Assembly: GCF_037042905.1 (NCBI RefSeq)
Contig: NC_087251.1
Span: 7,566,001 to 7,630,000 of the forward strand
Direction: 5' to 3'
DNA length: 64,000 bases
Source of the DNA: Lytechinus pictus
Lineage: Eukaryota
Both the position numbers and the translations under genes were made by a program. The notes beneath the pieces are model-generated. The model saw only the letters and a program-made list of their open reading frames with translations, was not told the DNA's origin and made no database searches. Below, piece after piece: positions 39,801 through 54,038 of this stretch; position 1 is the stretch's first letter; each line of letters starts with the position of its first letter.

Positions 39801-42068
39801 GTGTGGTGTGTTTCTAGGTGACCAAAAGTATTAGTCATACTCGTCCAGATGATTGAATTTATAGACACACACAATGCACACACAGACACGTGTACTATAT
39901 TTCCATGGTCGGCAGACTGGAGGTAGAATGGTATAAGAGGAAACAGGAAATAGTTCCAAATAATTCCCTCCCTCTCTCCCTCCCTCTGTCTATCCCTGGT
40001 TGGTAATCTAAGCCATGCGTACATTGTAATATACTGGTCCCATCAAACTTCCTGTGGTTTATTCTTTGTTTGGATTTAGTTTCTATTCACACAGTTTCTA
40101 TTACTCTCCTATCTGACTTGGCATTGGATCACTTGATAGTTTCACAAGTATTACAGAAATACATACATGTATATACTTCTCTGAGTGGAGCTACAATGGT
40201 TGGAGGAGCTTCTTTCTTCATTTCATCTTGTATAAGGATGGATGTTTACAAAGACCATGTGTGATGCCCAGGGTGTGATGTGATCTTTCAGAATCAGAAA
40301 TTGCCATTTGCATGTGTGTGCTATCGGAGGAAAATACTCACACGGAATTCAAGTGAATCAAATAAGTTGAAGATCATGATCTGATGTGGCAAGAATTATT
40401 ACCGAGGTCATTGCGAGGGGTGTTCCTTAATGGATTAAAGATCAACCTTGACTTGGAGTTAGGCTATGGTTGGTAAACTACTCATCTCAATCGATAAAAC
40501 AGATCAACAGCACGACTAGTGCAGTGTCCACAGAGTCAAATTGTGCTTATACTTCACTATTTTCTCTGATAGCATGCATAGTTTGATCGCAATTCAAACA
40601 AGGATATCTACATGTGTTGCTGAATTACTTCTCATATTATATGATGTACAGTATATGTGATTTGATGTCAAAGATTATAATATCATCTTGTATTGCTGAC
40701 TGAAATATGGTAAGAACAATATTTTTACTTAAATAAAAGGGAATGTTCTAACTCATACTCTTGTTTTATATTAAAAAAGATGTAATTTATATCTGAATTA
40801 GGCCTTTTATTTTGCAGATGCTGGATACTTTAGATAGAGAAATAAATGTGATTGAGTACATATTCTAATGGTCTTTCCTAGAAACTGAAATATAGCAGTG
40901 ACTGCTGAAAATACAATAAAAACTTGGGACAGTAGAAATATATTTGTAGAAAGGATTATTCACTGACCAAAATATTTGGGAAAGTGATGGAGATTTTTTT
41001 CAATGGAATATGCAATTTGCTTAAATTATTCTTTTTTTTTTGGGGGGGGGGTTATCCGGTCTTGTTTGCAAAGTGACCATGAAATGATTTTGTGCTTTTC
41101 CCATTTTTTCTTTTCCTGTTTTGGTTTGCTTGTTTCCTGTAACTGTTATTATTTTTGCAAATGTATGTATATCTATTTTTACAAATTCAATTTAGTATTT
41201 TCTGTGGCCTTTCATCTTGGAAGTGCATGGGGAAAATTCGAACACTTTTGGACAGTTGACTGCTCGACTTAAATTTTCTTCATAAACTTGATGGAAAGAA
41301 AAAAGAAAATTGAGAGAGAGAGAGATAGCAACTAAAATAGGAAAATGAGAATAATTAAGTCTTTACAAAGTAGTGCATTTTAATTACTGATTTAATAGAA
41401 CATACTAAACATCAATTTAAAAAATAGAGAGAGAGAAGCGGTGGGGGCCATTCTTTCATGACTAATAGATATATTTGAGTGATTCACAAATATAATATCA
41501 TTCATAGCTTCCTAGGAATTACAAAATTATGATGTGAGCCAAAGTATGTTTCAAAGACCAAGAACAACAAGATATTTAACTCGATACATGGAATAAGAAA
41601 TACTGATCATGTTCAAGAGAGCATTGCTAAATTACCTACATGAAATAAATGTTAATTCACATCTTTACATGATACTTTGAAGATTAAAAGTAAGTGACTA
41701 AGTATTTGAATCTGCAAAGTGGGAAATTATCATTACAAAATGGACAAACTGAATCTTTTCGACATGCACTTCAAAAATGCAAATGTTAACAGCCATGATT
41801 TCCCAGTCCAAAGCATTTAGACTATTACGTTAATGTAATCTTTAAACAACGGGGCATTTTTAGTGAAAGTCCCATAATGAAAGTACTGGTTTAAGAGATG
41901 CTGTGTAAAATGGGCTTAAGTGTACACAATCACATTTGATGATCATCTGTCAAGCACCAATAGTTCTGATCACATAGAATAAAGAGATAAAAAGTAAGAC
42001 AAAAAAGGAAGTCAAATGAATTTAATTCAATGATAAAATTTATAATGAACATTTGAAGGGTAACTTAA

Positions 42069-42671
42069 AGGTCAAGTCCACCCCAGAAAATTGTTGATTT
42101 GACTCGATAGAGAAAAATCAAACAAACATAACGCTGCAAATTTCATCGAAATCGGATGTAAAATAAGAAAGTTATGACATTTTTAAGTTTCGCTTATTTT
42201 CACAAAACAGTTCAATGCACAACTCAGCGATATGCAAATGAGAGAGTCGATGATGTCCATCACTCACTATTTCTTTTGTTTTTTATTGTTTGAATAATAC
42301 AATATCTCAAATTTTACAGATTTGAAAATAAGGACCAACTTAACTTAACCATAAACTGTTGAAATAATGGTAATTACACATGTTCAGGGAGAAAATAAAC
42401 TTTGATTCACTTGACAAGGAGGAGAAAATTATAATATTTCATATTTCAGATAATAAAATACAAAAGAAATAGTGAGTGGGTGACGTCATCAGTCTGCCAA
42501 TTTGCACACCGACCAGGATGTGCATATAACTGTTTTGTGAAATTAAGCAAAACTTTAAAATGTCATAACTTTCTTATTTTACACCCGATTTTGATGAAAC
42601 TTTCAGCGTTTTGCTTGTTGAATTTTTCTCCTTTTTTTCAAATCAACTTTTTGTTGGGGTGGACTTGTCCT
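42069..42671. mobile_element. TTAA-flanked MITE, Kolobok-like (second family)
   Basis: TTAA|AGGTCAAGTCCACCCCA...TGGGGTGGACTTGTCCT|TTAA, with long inverted arms. Confidence 0.85.
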
Positions 42672-43330
42672 TTAAGTAACCAATTGTTCATGATTTGTTG
42701 ATGTAACAATATCACAACCTAATCATGCTTATACTTTGATGCCCTAGCTTCTATTGAATTAAAACCTTTGTTTACATGTACACTGTATATGAGGAATTGG
42801 TTTCAGTTTCTTGTAACTTTTTTGACTTAATTGTATTGAGTTCTTCAGTAGCTATGGTATGTACTAACCTACTAATATCTTAATTTGCGCTTGTGATTGT
42901 TTATAGTATGAACAGAACAGGCCTACCAGCAACATTGGTTTTACCAACGTCTAACTGTTACCAGTATGCCGTGAAATTTGTTTACAGGATATATTGCATA
43001 TAGTGCAAACTACACAATGTAGAGTTGAGTGATATATCCATTACCGGTATACCCTTACTGTAACAGATGTAGTAAGAGCCTTCATTGTGCATATGTGATA
43101 TATTTGTATAAAAATGAAATCATGTTTGAATTTGGTATGAGATCAACAAGAGGTAAGTAATTCAGATACATGGATGTAAGTAAAACAAAGATAGTCAGTC
43201 TGGACTTAAATATTTTTCACAATATTGATCCAATGTCTCTGTTTACCACTCAAGCCAGGACATTTCATAATTATGATTGGATGATCTGTTTAGTTTTTAT
43301 GTGGTATTTATTGATTGTGTGTGTGTGTGT

Positions 43331-43780
43331 CCCGGGGGGGGGGGGGGGGGGGGCACTCGACCAAAAAAGTAGTAGGTGTGTGCCGCGGGCAAGACAAAAA
43401 ACGGGGTCCTTGGAACGGGTCGCCTGCGTTTGAGTGCGTATGTATCCCTATGGAACGTGCATGCAGCTAGCCCGGCGGCACGCACACTAGCGCAGAGGCG
43501 ATGGTCGGACAGCGCTCTGTGGCCGCTTTTCACCAAAATTGCGACCGGAACGGCGTAACAGAAAATATGCGAAGCTTTGGAGCGGATTTCTTTCTTCTTT
43601 TATTCTCGCTATTAAAAAAGCAAAAAATGCTATGCTTTGGAGCGGCTTTCTTTGTTCTTTTTCTCAATGAGACAAAAATGCTATGCCTTGGAACGGAAAT
43701 TTGAGTGCAAAAATGGGGGTCCCCTCCGCGGCACATAACCCACTATGCATTATATACTGAGTGCCCCCCCCCCCCCCGGG
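43331..43780. mobile_element. CCCGGG/poly-G-ended MITE inserted in a (TG)n tract
   Basis: CCCG(n)CACTC...GAGTGC(n)GGG termini; TGTGTGT on both sides; internal TGCTTTGGAGCGG repeats; CpG-rich. Confidence 0.8.
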
Positions 43781-43926
43781 TGTGTGTATGGGGGATGAGA
43801 GATGACATACATGTACAAGTTATGGTCTTTACGTGCCTTCATTGAATTTGTAATAGTTGGCTAATGTTTTATGGAATTAATGTCATTTAATTCATTTTTC
43901 CTACAATATTTTTCATATATTTACAG

Positions 43927-44043
43927 ATTAATAGCATACTGTCAGCAGTATCGAGATTACGACTCGTTTCTCTCAGCGGCAGAGCTGGGTCCAAATCCTT
44001 GGATATCAGACGACACAGCATTGTGGGAAGCTGCCTCAACTAT
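43927..44043 (+). CDS. RGS7: RGS6/7-like exon (GGL domain C-terminal part)
   Basis: ttacag|A...AT|gtgagt; LIAYCQQYRDYDSFLSAAELGPNPWISDDTALWEAAST, with the GGL-diagnostic NPW motif. Confidence 0.95.
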
Positions 44044-44867
44044 GTGAGTGTATATACATATATACCAAAAGTATTCAGGAAATAAAACAGGAGGTTTTTA
44101 TTTTACTGTATGTCAATAAGGATATTTGTTCATAAAAATGCAGTTAAAATAGACAGTGTTACTCAACTATATTATACCTTTGGTGCCAGAAAATTATGTA
44201 AAAAGGAAAACCATTGCAAAAATCTGGAGTTTAAATTAAAAAATATGCTTAGGGGTATAATTCATATGGCGGCATGAGGAAATACTTTTAAAAGGGTAAA
44301 ATAACTTATGCAGTAGGATGATATGATGATGTCCCTCTTCTTGTCTTTGTGGAATATACATGAAAACCTGTTGTTCTGGCAAAAAAAACCTGTGACATAT
44401 ATAAACATATAAATTTGATCAATGTATCTAAATTTTCTAAACAAAAAATGGACATAAATTGAATGTAGAATTTGCAGTCATCTGTACCTCAATCAATGCA
44501 ACAAGTTATGAACTTAGAATACCACATAAAGAGTTTCACCAGCCAGACTACAGTATGATATTTAGGATCAGGACATCAGGTACAAATTGAGTCCTCGTTA
44601 TCATCAATCCTTCAATTATCACCATGTCCTGTCATCTCCATTTGACTTGGTCAGCTGAGCTTTAGATGGCTCAATAAAAAATTCCATGCATACATGTAAG
44701 TTAGTGCATATTCAATGAAAAAAAGTAGCTTTTCAAACAGTCAAATGGAAATATAGGGGACTATGTGATCCAGGATTTACATAAATCCTATTTTAGGAGT
44801 ATACATTTTACAACTGTTTATTTCAATCATCTACCATTTCACTTCTGACACATCTCCAAAAAAAATG

Positions 44868-45020
44868 AACATATCTACAGTTCATCATAAGTTTAATTTT
44901 AACATATCTACAGTTCATCATAAGTTTAATTTTAACATATCTACAGTTCATCATAAGTTTAATTTTAACATATCTACAGTTCATCATAAGTTTAATTTAA
45001 CATATCTACAGTTCATAAGC
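44868..45020 (+). repeat. 33-bp minisatellite, about 4.5 copies
   Basis: Unit AACATATCTACAGTTCATCATAAGTTTAATTTT. Confidence 0.92.
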
Positions 45021-46711
45021 TCCATTCATAAGTTTGTCATTCTTTCCAGACTTTAAAATTAATCCATTTGGTTTTACTGCAAAATTGAATGAACAGAAGA
45101 AGTTTTAGTTCTTACCATGTCAGGGTGAGTGAGCACCTTAAAGGCCCTGTCATGTCTTATCGTGCAAGAAAATAAGGGGAAGCTATGTTTTTTTATTTTG
45201 ATAATACTTCAAGAAATTGTTGACCATTATTGTAATCTAGTGGTATGTATGGTAATGGTAATATATATGTTATTAAGAGGCTGGTGTGATTAAGTAAGAC
45301 ACTATGCTTTTAATAGAATACGTTTCAATATGGCTACCATTTGGAATTGAATATCAAAGAAGATCAGATTAATCAACAAAAGTGGGAAAAAAGAGGCGCT
45401 GAATAATTAAGTTATTGAAATGAGCCTCCCTTAATTTGCTTGATCATATTATTTGGTTACATCTGTTAACAATACAGGTGCTTAGACCAAGTGTATAGCC
45501 CTCCTTCATTGCCCTTTTGGGCCAGACAATTGGTTGATTATGTGATGAGTAAAAAGGAAATGATGTGTCACCTAAAATTAGTGGTGATGATATGTTACGT
45601 GAAGCTGTAGCCAGAATGGCCTCTGAAGGGGTCATCAATGTCCATTCCCTGTACACTTGATTTCAACCCATTCATACCATCTTCTAGACTTGTTGGATAT
45701 GTTCCCATTTTGAAGCTGTGTTCCTATGTCAATGATAATCAGATATTGGCAAAAGTAGGATAACGATCAGGTGCTACTCCAATTCATTCTGAATAAGATT
45801 AATCTACAGTCAATCAACTCTTGCTCCTTTGCATGGATCATTGAGGATGTTAGCTTGTCAGCTCATTTGAAAAATCCTACTATTGTGGAAAGATTAAACT
45901 TTGGTTGTTCAAATTCCTAAAACTCTGCTTTATAATCATTACTCATCATCAGTAAGGTGTTTTGTCCACGGTTGTGTTTTTGTTTTGAATGGATGTGTAG
46001 AGAGGCTCATTTTTCCCTTTTGAAGCTATGAATTGTCGGATTTGATATGAACTTGAGATTCAGAGACATGATTACTACCATTTGAAACAGAAGGATAACG
46101 ATATCACTGTAAACTCTGAACGTGACCAGGAATCCAGGATGCATTATTATTTTTCTTTATTTCATCAAGGTTGTGAAAGCATATTGAAAAAAAAAGTGAA
46201 TGTAGGAGACCAACTCTATGCTTACTAAGCAGTAAGCTTATCAACATCTAAGATCACTTATTATTCATACAATATTGCAGTACAGACCTTAAGTTCTGAT
46301 GGGAATTATAAGGAAAGTTAATTGGTGGATGCAATAATATTTACATTTGTGATGGTGTTTTCATCAGACAGAATGGAAAGGTTTGTAATTTTTTTTATTT
46401 GTGTTTATATGTTGTCAAACTATATTTTACTCTAATAATTTTAATCAATATTTTTCTCCTGTATGGAAGAACATAACAGGTACCTCATTCAGAATTACTG
46501 TAATAAATTTGTATAAAATATTTGTATCAGTTTGGCATCATATGTTACTATAAAATAATGATGCTTAGTTTAGTTCCACCAATACCTATTGTATTATTTT
46601 GCTTTTCTCCACTACAATATCAACTACTACTTTAAGGAGTTCTTACAAATAGAGATAAACTAGAAACGTTTGAAATCACTATCTGATCACATTTCATTTT
46701 CTTTATTTCAG

Positions 46712-46843
46712 GAGTTTGAAGGAAGTACCAGTGTACAGGGTAAAAAAATGGGGTTTCTCCTTCGATGATCTCTTGAAGGATTCCCTAGGAAGAGATCAGC
46801 TATCAAAGTTCCTGGCTAAGGAGTTCAGTGAAGAAAATTTGAG
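46712..46843 (+). CDS. RGS7: RGS6/7-like exon (start of RGS domain)
   Basis: atttcag|G...AG|gtaatt; (M)[43 protein letters not shown](R). Confidence 0.96.
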
Positions 46844-47269
46844 GTAATTCATCAGCAAAATAATTAACCCAGAGTTGGCAAGATTTCCAAATATATGATT
46901 ATAATAATTGTTGTAATATTTTGATGGAGAATCCGGATAATGAATCCCCCATTTCATTGAATGCTCACTGAATATGTACCTATTGGGGGCTTTGCCAGCA
47001 TATTCCTTATTCCCATTACAATCAATTTGAAGGGTCTAGGTGATGCCATATCCCATAAAGCTGAGAAGGCCTTTGTTCAAGTTGTTGATACATGACTTGA
47101 TATTCATGTATAGGCCCTGTCTCATGATGGTATGTGTAAATATTTCATTTAATGAGGGATTATACATGTATATCCGATGTAAATATATATATATTCCCGA
47201 TGAAGCCATATGGGCAAAAATTTGATCTAACTTTTCTCTCTACGGTTGTTTTATTCACCATGTATTTTG

Positions 47270-47302
<33 letters not shown>

Positions 47303-47859
47303 AAGTCAATTGATTTTACATATGTCTCTTAAATCTTTTGAAAAGAAAAGGGGGTCTGTGTTTTTAGCTTTAACAGTCACCAAATTCTTCAAGTACACAT
47401 GAAGTGAATTTATCAAGTGACAGTATGTTTGTTTCTCTAAAATAAGCTCTCAATCACATAAATGTTACTGCATTTTTTGCCAATGTTTTCATGAAGTGTC
47501 CCATGAACCGCCAGTCTATGAAAAATTCTACTTTTTTAATTTGGACCAGATTGTTGAATGTCTATAGTGTCACAAAATTTCAATTTTAGAGAGACTTGAT
47601 TTGTTAGATATTGTAATATCATGGTATCAAAAGTTAAATTCAAACACAGATTATTGTCTCTCCAAAACAAATTTCAAACTTTAAATTCATTTCTGTCCAT
47701 TATTAGTCATTTTATTTTTATGGCGTAGAACTATCCCACCACTGCCACCACATACACTACAGGGACACTTCATTAAAAAAGACTGGTATCATTTCTCCAG
47801 TTAAACAGTTATTTAACAAGATACTTGAATAAGGTGTTGACTCATAGATACATCGAAGC

Positions 47860-48441
47860 CCCGGGAGAGGCCACTTACATTAACGAGTGGATACCATGCG
47901 CGACCCAAAAAACATGTAAAAAGGATGTCTTTTTCAAGATAGGGCATGTTACGTACGTAACGTAATAAGGGTGTCAAAAACACTAAAATAATGAAAAAAG
48001 GGTATCTATTTTTTATAGGAAAGCTACGTGTTTAGGGTCAAACTTGCGAGGGTATAAAAAATTAAGACTAAAATGTTTTATAAAGGATGTACTTTTTGCC
48101 CCAAGAGTCACCACTACATGTGTTTAGAGTACAATTTGCACGAGGTGTTGTGAGGTGGGGCTGTACTAAACCCAATGATGTAGGTAAAACCAACGACCGA
48201 CGTCGTCCGTGGCATAACAATTGAAATATCGCTGTACTTGTTTAGGGGTTCAATTCAGGGAATACTTGCCAAGAGTATCGTTTTGTTTCCAATACTTGGG
48301 TAGGGTTTCACACGGCAATACTTGTGAAGGGGTGCATTTTCAGAATATGGAAAATACGTGTTGGATGCTTTTCGAGACCCCATGGTCGCTCATGGTATCC
48401 ACTCGTCAATAGAAGTGGCCCCCCCCCCCCCCCCCCCCGGG
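47860..48441. mobile_element. CCCGGG-ended MITE with an ~8-bp target duplication
   Basis: TIRs GGCCACTTACATTAACGAGTGGATACCATG / CATGGTATCCACTCGTCAATAGAAGTGGCC; flanks ATCGAAGC and ATCGGAGC. Confidence 0.85.
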
Positions 48442-48765
48442 ATCGGAGCATATTTATATGTATTGCCTCAGAAGAGTTGCTTCTCTTGCTCTCTCAGACT
48501 GTATCTATTATTGGCCTATTAATAGACATACCTGGATGGAAATATTGACTGGGACTAATGCTGAAAGTGTGTTCCTTCCATCTTTTTTTGCATATCAGGG
48601 TGTCAGGGTACCTTTTCTGTTTATCCCTTTAGTGTCCTCTGAAGATAGTGTCTGGGGCATATGCCCCCTAGATACATCATCGACTTGCTCAGTTTGTGTT
48701 TTTTATTGTTTAGTTCCCCTTTTAAAGTAATATGAAAGAATATTAACTCTATCTCATTTATACAG

Positions 48766-48840
48766 GTTTTGGATTGCATGTCAAGACCTCAAAAAGATGA
48801 CTTTCAGTCAAGTACCAGCAAAAGTGCAGCAAATATACAG
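48766..48840 (+). CDS. RGS7: RGS6/7-like exon (RGS domain)
   Basis: tatacag|G...AG|gtaaat; FWIACQDLKKMTFSQVPAKVQQIY(S). Confidence 0.95.
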
Positions 48841-49234
48841 GTAAATTATTCAACATAGTACAGCTACATTTCAAGATTAGTAATTTTCAAAGAAATACAG
48901 CTGTCAACCAAAACTCTTAAATTGTTAAAATAATTGGGAATTGTATTCATTTAATCACTTCATAGCACATATTGAAAATGAATTTCTTTAACAACAATAT
49001 GGTTTTGAGTAATTTTAGGCCTTTAGGATTTTTCTTTTTTTTGGGGGGGGGGCACAAGCAATGATTTGATGTGGTGATCATACTTAAATTTTTTAAAGAA
49101 ATGTATATCAGTTTTTCAATAAGATTAAAGCTTAATTATTTATCTACTTCCCACATGCATTCAAAATATATTCCCTCTTTAAAATTAATGTGTTTTTTTT
49201 TATTGTAATTTGAATCCTCTATTTTTATGAACAG

Positions 49235-49436
49235 TGAATTCTTGTCGGACAGTTCACACAGTCCTATCAACGTGGATTCTAAAATCCTGGACACGACTCG
49301 CAAAAATATGAAGAACCCAAACCGCTACACCTTTGATGCCGCCCAGGAACATATATACACGCTAATGCGCAGCGATAGTTACCCCCGTTTTCTCAGGTCG
49401 GAACAGTACAAGGAGCTGCTTAACCCAAAGAAAAAG
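49235..49436 (+). CDS. RGS7: RGS6/7-like exon (RGS domain C-terminal half)
   Basis: gaacag|T...AAG|gtgggt; [67 protein letters not shown]; retains the PINVD asparagine and the DSYPRF motif. Confidence 0.97.
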
Positions 49437-50754
49437 GTGGGTACCATGGCAACCAAAACATAAGACAATGACAGCATAATGCTTCTAGAATCAATCAGGA
49501 GACTTGTTATGTCTCCTTAAAGTTTAGATTTGGCTGCCATTTCACAGTTATTAGTAAGTCTCAGATTAGTTTGCTCAGCTTTTATGTTCACATACTACAC
49601 ATACTCCAAATTTATGCCTCAATTCATTTGCATTAGATTACTTTAGCAAGTGCAAATCAAATTTATCACTTGAAATTTTAACAAATTTTGTGCTGGCTTT
49701 GTGAATGTTTTTTTTATTCATTGCTGGATATATTATAATTTCAATCAGAAGGCTAAAGAGATTATGATTTCTAAAAAAAGGCAAAAAAGCACTTTAAATA
49801 TTTATCATACATTTCAAATATTGAAATAATTCTTAATCTTTTAAATCTTGTTTTACACAATGTTGTAAAAAAAAAATTTTTACACTTAAATAAATTTCAA
49901 ATATATTTGTATAATTCAAGACACTGTGGAATTGTTTCACCTTTTTTCTGCATTTTAAAAGATATTCATGGAGGTTAAATTATTAATATATGAATTATCA
50001 TTATCGATACTGACGTTTCAGTATGGATGGAAACAAATGTTTCGATGCAAAATTGAAATAGACATTTTAGCAAATATAACAACATTTCAACATTGAAATT
50101 AAATATAAATCCATTTTATTCATTTATAATTACAATAACAATTATACAATTATGAAAATATGTTTCCAATTTTTATTTTTATTATATATATATATATATA
50201 TTTATAATTTCAATTTTCTCCCAAATAGCAAGAGAGGGTTATATGTCATTTATTAGTTATTAGTTTATATTGAGGTTGTTATTTTTGTTTTAGAAGTTAT
50301 CATAACGATTTCGAAATGGAAAAAAATATATATGTCTGAAATAATAATACATTGAAACATAAAAAAGCTTTTAAAATTACAATTTAACCAGCTTTTTTTA
50401 TTGAAGGACAATAATATCAGGTCATATTTTTTTATCATGTGTGTGCAGTCGTATTATGGAATCGGGAAAATATAGTCTAAGGGTTATACTTAAAAATTGT
50501 AATGTTTTGTGTTTATTGATACTAACAATTTTCCTTGCTTTCACTAAAAAAATCCATGTAATTCTATTGATATTTAAAATGTGATGTAATTGAGATAATG
50601 CTTTCATAATAGTGGAAAAGGTTACAAAAAGCTTATGGTGAGTGAAGTGATCCCTGAAATATAAAGACAGAATATGATATTCTAATATTTGTAGCTTAGT
50701 TCATTCAAAATTTCAAAGTAATCACAAAGTTTGTTTTAAATCATTTACATGAAA

Positions 50755-51578
50755 TTTTTGTCTCGCCTGCTTAGCAGAAACAAGAGATAGTCGCTGCAGC
50801 ATTGTAAACCTTGTAAAAATACTTAACCAAGGTTAAGTTTTTTAAATGTCATCATACCTTTAAAAGCATATGAATCTATTTCATGAGAATTGGACATAAA
50901 GGTAGTGTCATTTATAATCATGGGTGAGTTTCAGGTGTGTTTTAGGTTACATGATTGAGGTCAAAGGTCATTTGGGTTCCATGAACTTTGACCATGTTGA
51001 GGTATCAACATCAAAAGCTTAACCATGGTTATGATTTTACAAGATAATGTAGAAAGTATAAATCCTTTAGTGCATAAATCTTACAATGGTTGCTGGATGA
51101 ATCAATTTCAGGTTACTTAGTAATGGTCAAAGATCATTTTGGGGTTAATAAATTGATATCAACTTGAAAAAAATTAAATTACTAAGATAAAGTTGAAATT
51201 ATTAATATGTATTAGGTTAAACTTGAAATTATGATTAATAGGTATTGGAAATTAGACGAGTATAATTTCAGGTTACCAGGTCAAAGTTACAGGTAATTAC
51301 AGAATGATTGATATTTTGTTCATCTTTCAAAAATGACTAATTAAATTAAATGAAACTAGTATGAGATTGTAACTTACTTGATATCACAAATGATATGATT
51401 AAACAAGATTTTCAATCAATGTCGAAGGTCATTAAAAGTCAATGAACTGACATTATCATCAAATGTATTCTTTCTCCCTTTGTGAAAAATGTTTATCTTA
51501 GTTACAGTTTTCAAAGTCTGCACTGCTGCTATTTTGTAATGTAATTCAGGCGAGACTGCCAGAAGTGTTCCACATGTT
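50755..51578 (+). mobile_element. Helentron/HINE (DINE-1-like) non-autonomous rolling-circle element
   Basis: 5' T-run plus GTCTCGCCTG (50760-50769) and subterminal inverted copy CAGGCGAGAC (51547-51556) followed by a short 3' tail ending in TT; internal degenerate tandem units with AGGTCAAAGGTCA. Confidence 0.6.
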
Positions 51579-54017
51579 AAAAACTATTTTGATAGCTTTG
51601 TATCAAATATTTATGGCAACAGTCTCTCATTCAACTAAAAAATATTGTGTATCTTACAAATTAATGAAATCTAAATAGATTATTCCAAAACTGATCAATT
51701 TAGAAGACTGTACAATAGTTGAGACTATTGCAAATACAGTATTAAAGACCAAGTTAGAAAAATTGTTTTTTACAAATGTGAAAGTGTGAGCAAGGAAAAG
51801 TTATATCAAAGTTTTATGTTGTATGCACTATACATTGTTTGGCCATCTGTATAATTTGAATGAAACTAAAGAATTGCTATTGGTTTGCTGTGTCTCTTTC
51901 TCTGCACTGATTTCATTCATAGATTTATGACAATATTCACGCGTGTGGCTCTCACTCACGAATGCCATTATCATTTCACTTTCAACTGTATATGGAGTTC
52001 AAACACACCATTTCCAAGTGTTTGTTTTATTTCCATCTTATAATCATTTTGTTTTCAGAATCTCTTTTCTCTATCATATTGTACACTCTCCTGTAAGGTT
52101 ACATATCTTTTTATGTATATGTATGTTTGTATATATTTATAATATTCTTGTTTTTGTGAACTAGAATATTTCATTTGATTAAAATTGTTCTCTCCTTTTA
52201 CCATTATATATAATGACCAATTGTCAATGTTTTTTGTAAATAAGAAAATGGTATGAAAGACTGACACAAATTATAATTTTTGGATGAACTTTTAAACAAG
52301 GAAGTTAAAAAGGCAGTTTTTTGAAAAATAAATTTTGCATTTAAATTATTTTTAAGAAAAAGCAACTTCTATTTTTAAAAATTGCTTGAAGATGAAAAAT
52401 CACATTAGAAATTTTACCAGTCTATTTAAAGTTAGAAAACAATTACTGATAGTTTCAAAAGCCTTTTTCATTATTTTGCTTTCTTTTGATATTTTTTTAA
52501 GTGAACCACACTCTATTTTAAAAATTAAAGATGATATGAATTTGGGGAGAGATTTGGTGATGAGTTAGTTTAAAATACAGAGTAATTTCTATTTGAAGTA
52601 AATTAATTTCCTGCTAATGTATTTCATTAAGGTAATTTGATCAGAAAACAATTACGCAAAGCATTTGTATAAACATGGGATAAATTTTCATTTAAATTAA
52701 CTGTTCTACTCTGGAATACTGCCTGTAACAACTTCTCTCTTAACAAGAAAAACTATTTAAAAAAGAAAGAAAAACCCTATCTTCTTTTCATTCTTCACAT
52801 TGTTCTCACCCATGTCACTTGTTTTCTTTCCTTTCTGATTCACCCAAATGATTCCCTCTTTTCCATACATACACACATACATAAACACTGACCCATCCTT
52901 ACTTCAAACATCTGCATCCAAATCTGCTTTTGCATGTACCATCATTGGAATGTAATAATGTAAATGAACATCTGGAAATGGTCATACTGCAATTGATTTG
53001 GTTTCATGATCGAGGGCATTATGCATTACTAACATAAAACATCAAACTCCTGGCCTTACACTTGCATTTATCTCATGCACGTATCTTGTTCTTGTCTTGA
53101 TAATTCTTTTTCCTGCCTCTTTTGAGTATTCTCAAACCTTTGAATACTCACTTATCCACAATCTCTATTGGTATTCCTTTTCCTTTTGTCTTTGAATTAT
53201 TCTGCACACTGTAATCTTTTCACAAGGCACGCTTTCTTCTGACATCATTCTCACTTCCCTCAATGTTGTGTCCATTCATTTTGGACTCTCTTTCAAATCT
53301 TTATGACACCATCTGTATCTTGGTATTGAATCTCTACTCCTTACTTTTCTGTTGTCATTCTTAATGTGGTTCATTTCATGATGCTTGCTCTAAGCTCAAT
53401 CTTGACATTTTATCTTGAGAACTGCTTACCATATATATCTTTCTCTATCTGATAACACTCAACATGCACACACTCTACTTTGCATAACGTTTATCTTGCA
53501 TCTTGTAATACTAAAATTAACTATATATTATACCTCTCTCTACAACTATTTCTCTTTCTGTATCACTATTTCTTGTTGTTCTCCTCAAACTTCTTTTTCA
53601 CTGTTTAATATTGCCTGTATTCTTGTGTTGCATCATGATTAAACTATTTCTTCCTTTCCTCTTTGCATGTTAACCTTGTTCTGAGCAATCCATTCCCTCA
53701 AATCTCTCTCTCTTTCATAACTGCATTTACCATTATGTTCTTCATTCCCTACACTCTCCTCTCAATCACATAAGACCCACTCAAATTTGTCCTTCTACCA
53801 TAAACTCCACAATTCAATTCTTGGTAATAAATCACTGTAATATTCAACACCCATTGCTGTTATTGCATTGCTTTATTAATGTTTTGTTTACAAATTACAC
53901 CACTTTCACCACCCATGTTACCACTGAAATCACTACCATTACCACTACCACTTCTACTTCTGCCTCAAATGCCCACCCACTTTTAACCATCTTATGCCAT
54001 GTGTGTTTCCGGCACAG

Positions 54018-54038
54018 TGCCTCAGCAACTGGGAGAAG
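54018..54038 (+). CDS. Candidate 21-nt microexon (CLSNWEK)
   Basis: ggcacag|TGCCTCAGCAACTGGGAGAAG|gtaatt; phase 0/0, at the end of a ~1.25-kb tract in which I found no CAG/TAG. Confidence 0.55.

Noticed and set aside
44865..45056. Repeat peptide ORF (NISTVHHKFNF)n
   Set aside because: Translation of a 33-bp intronic minisatellite with no splice signals.
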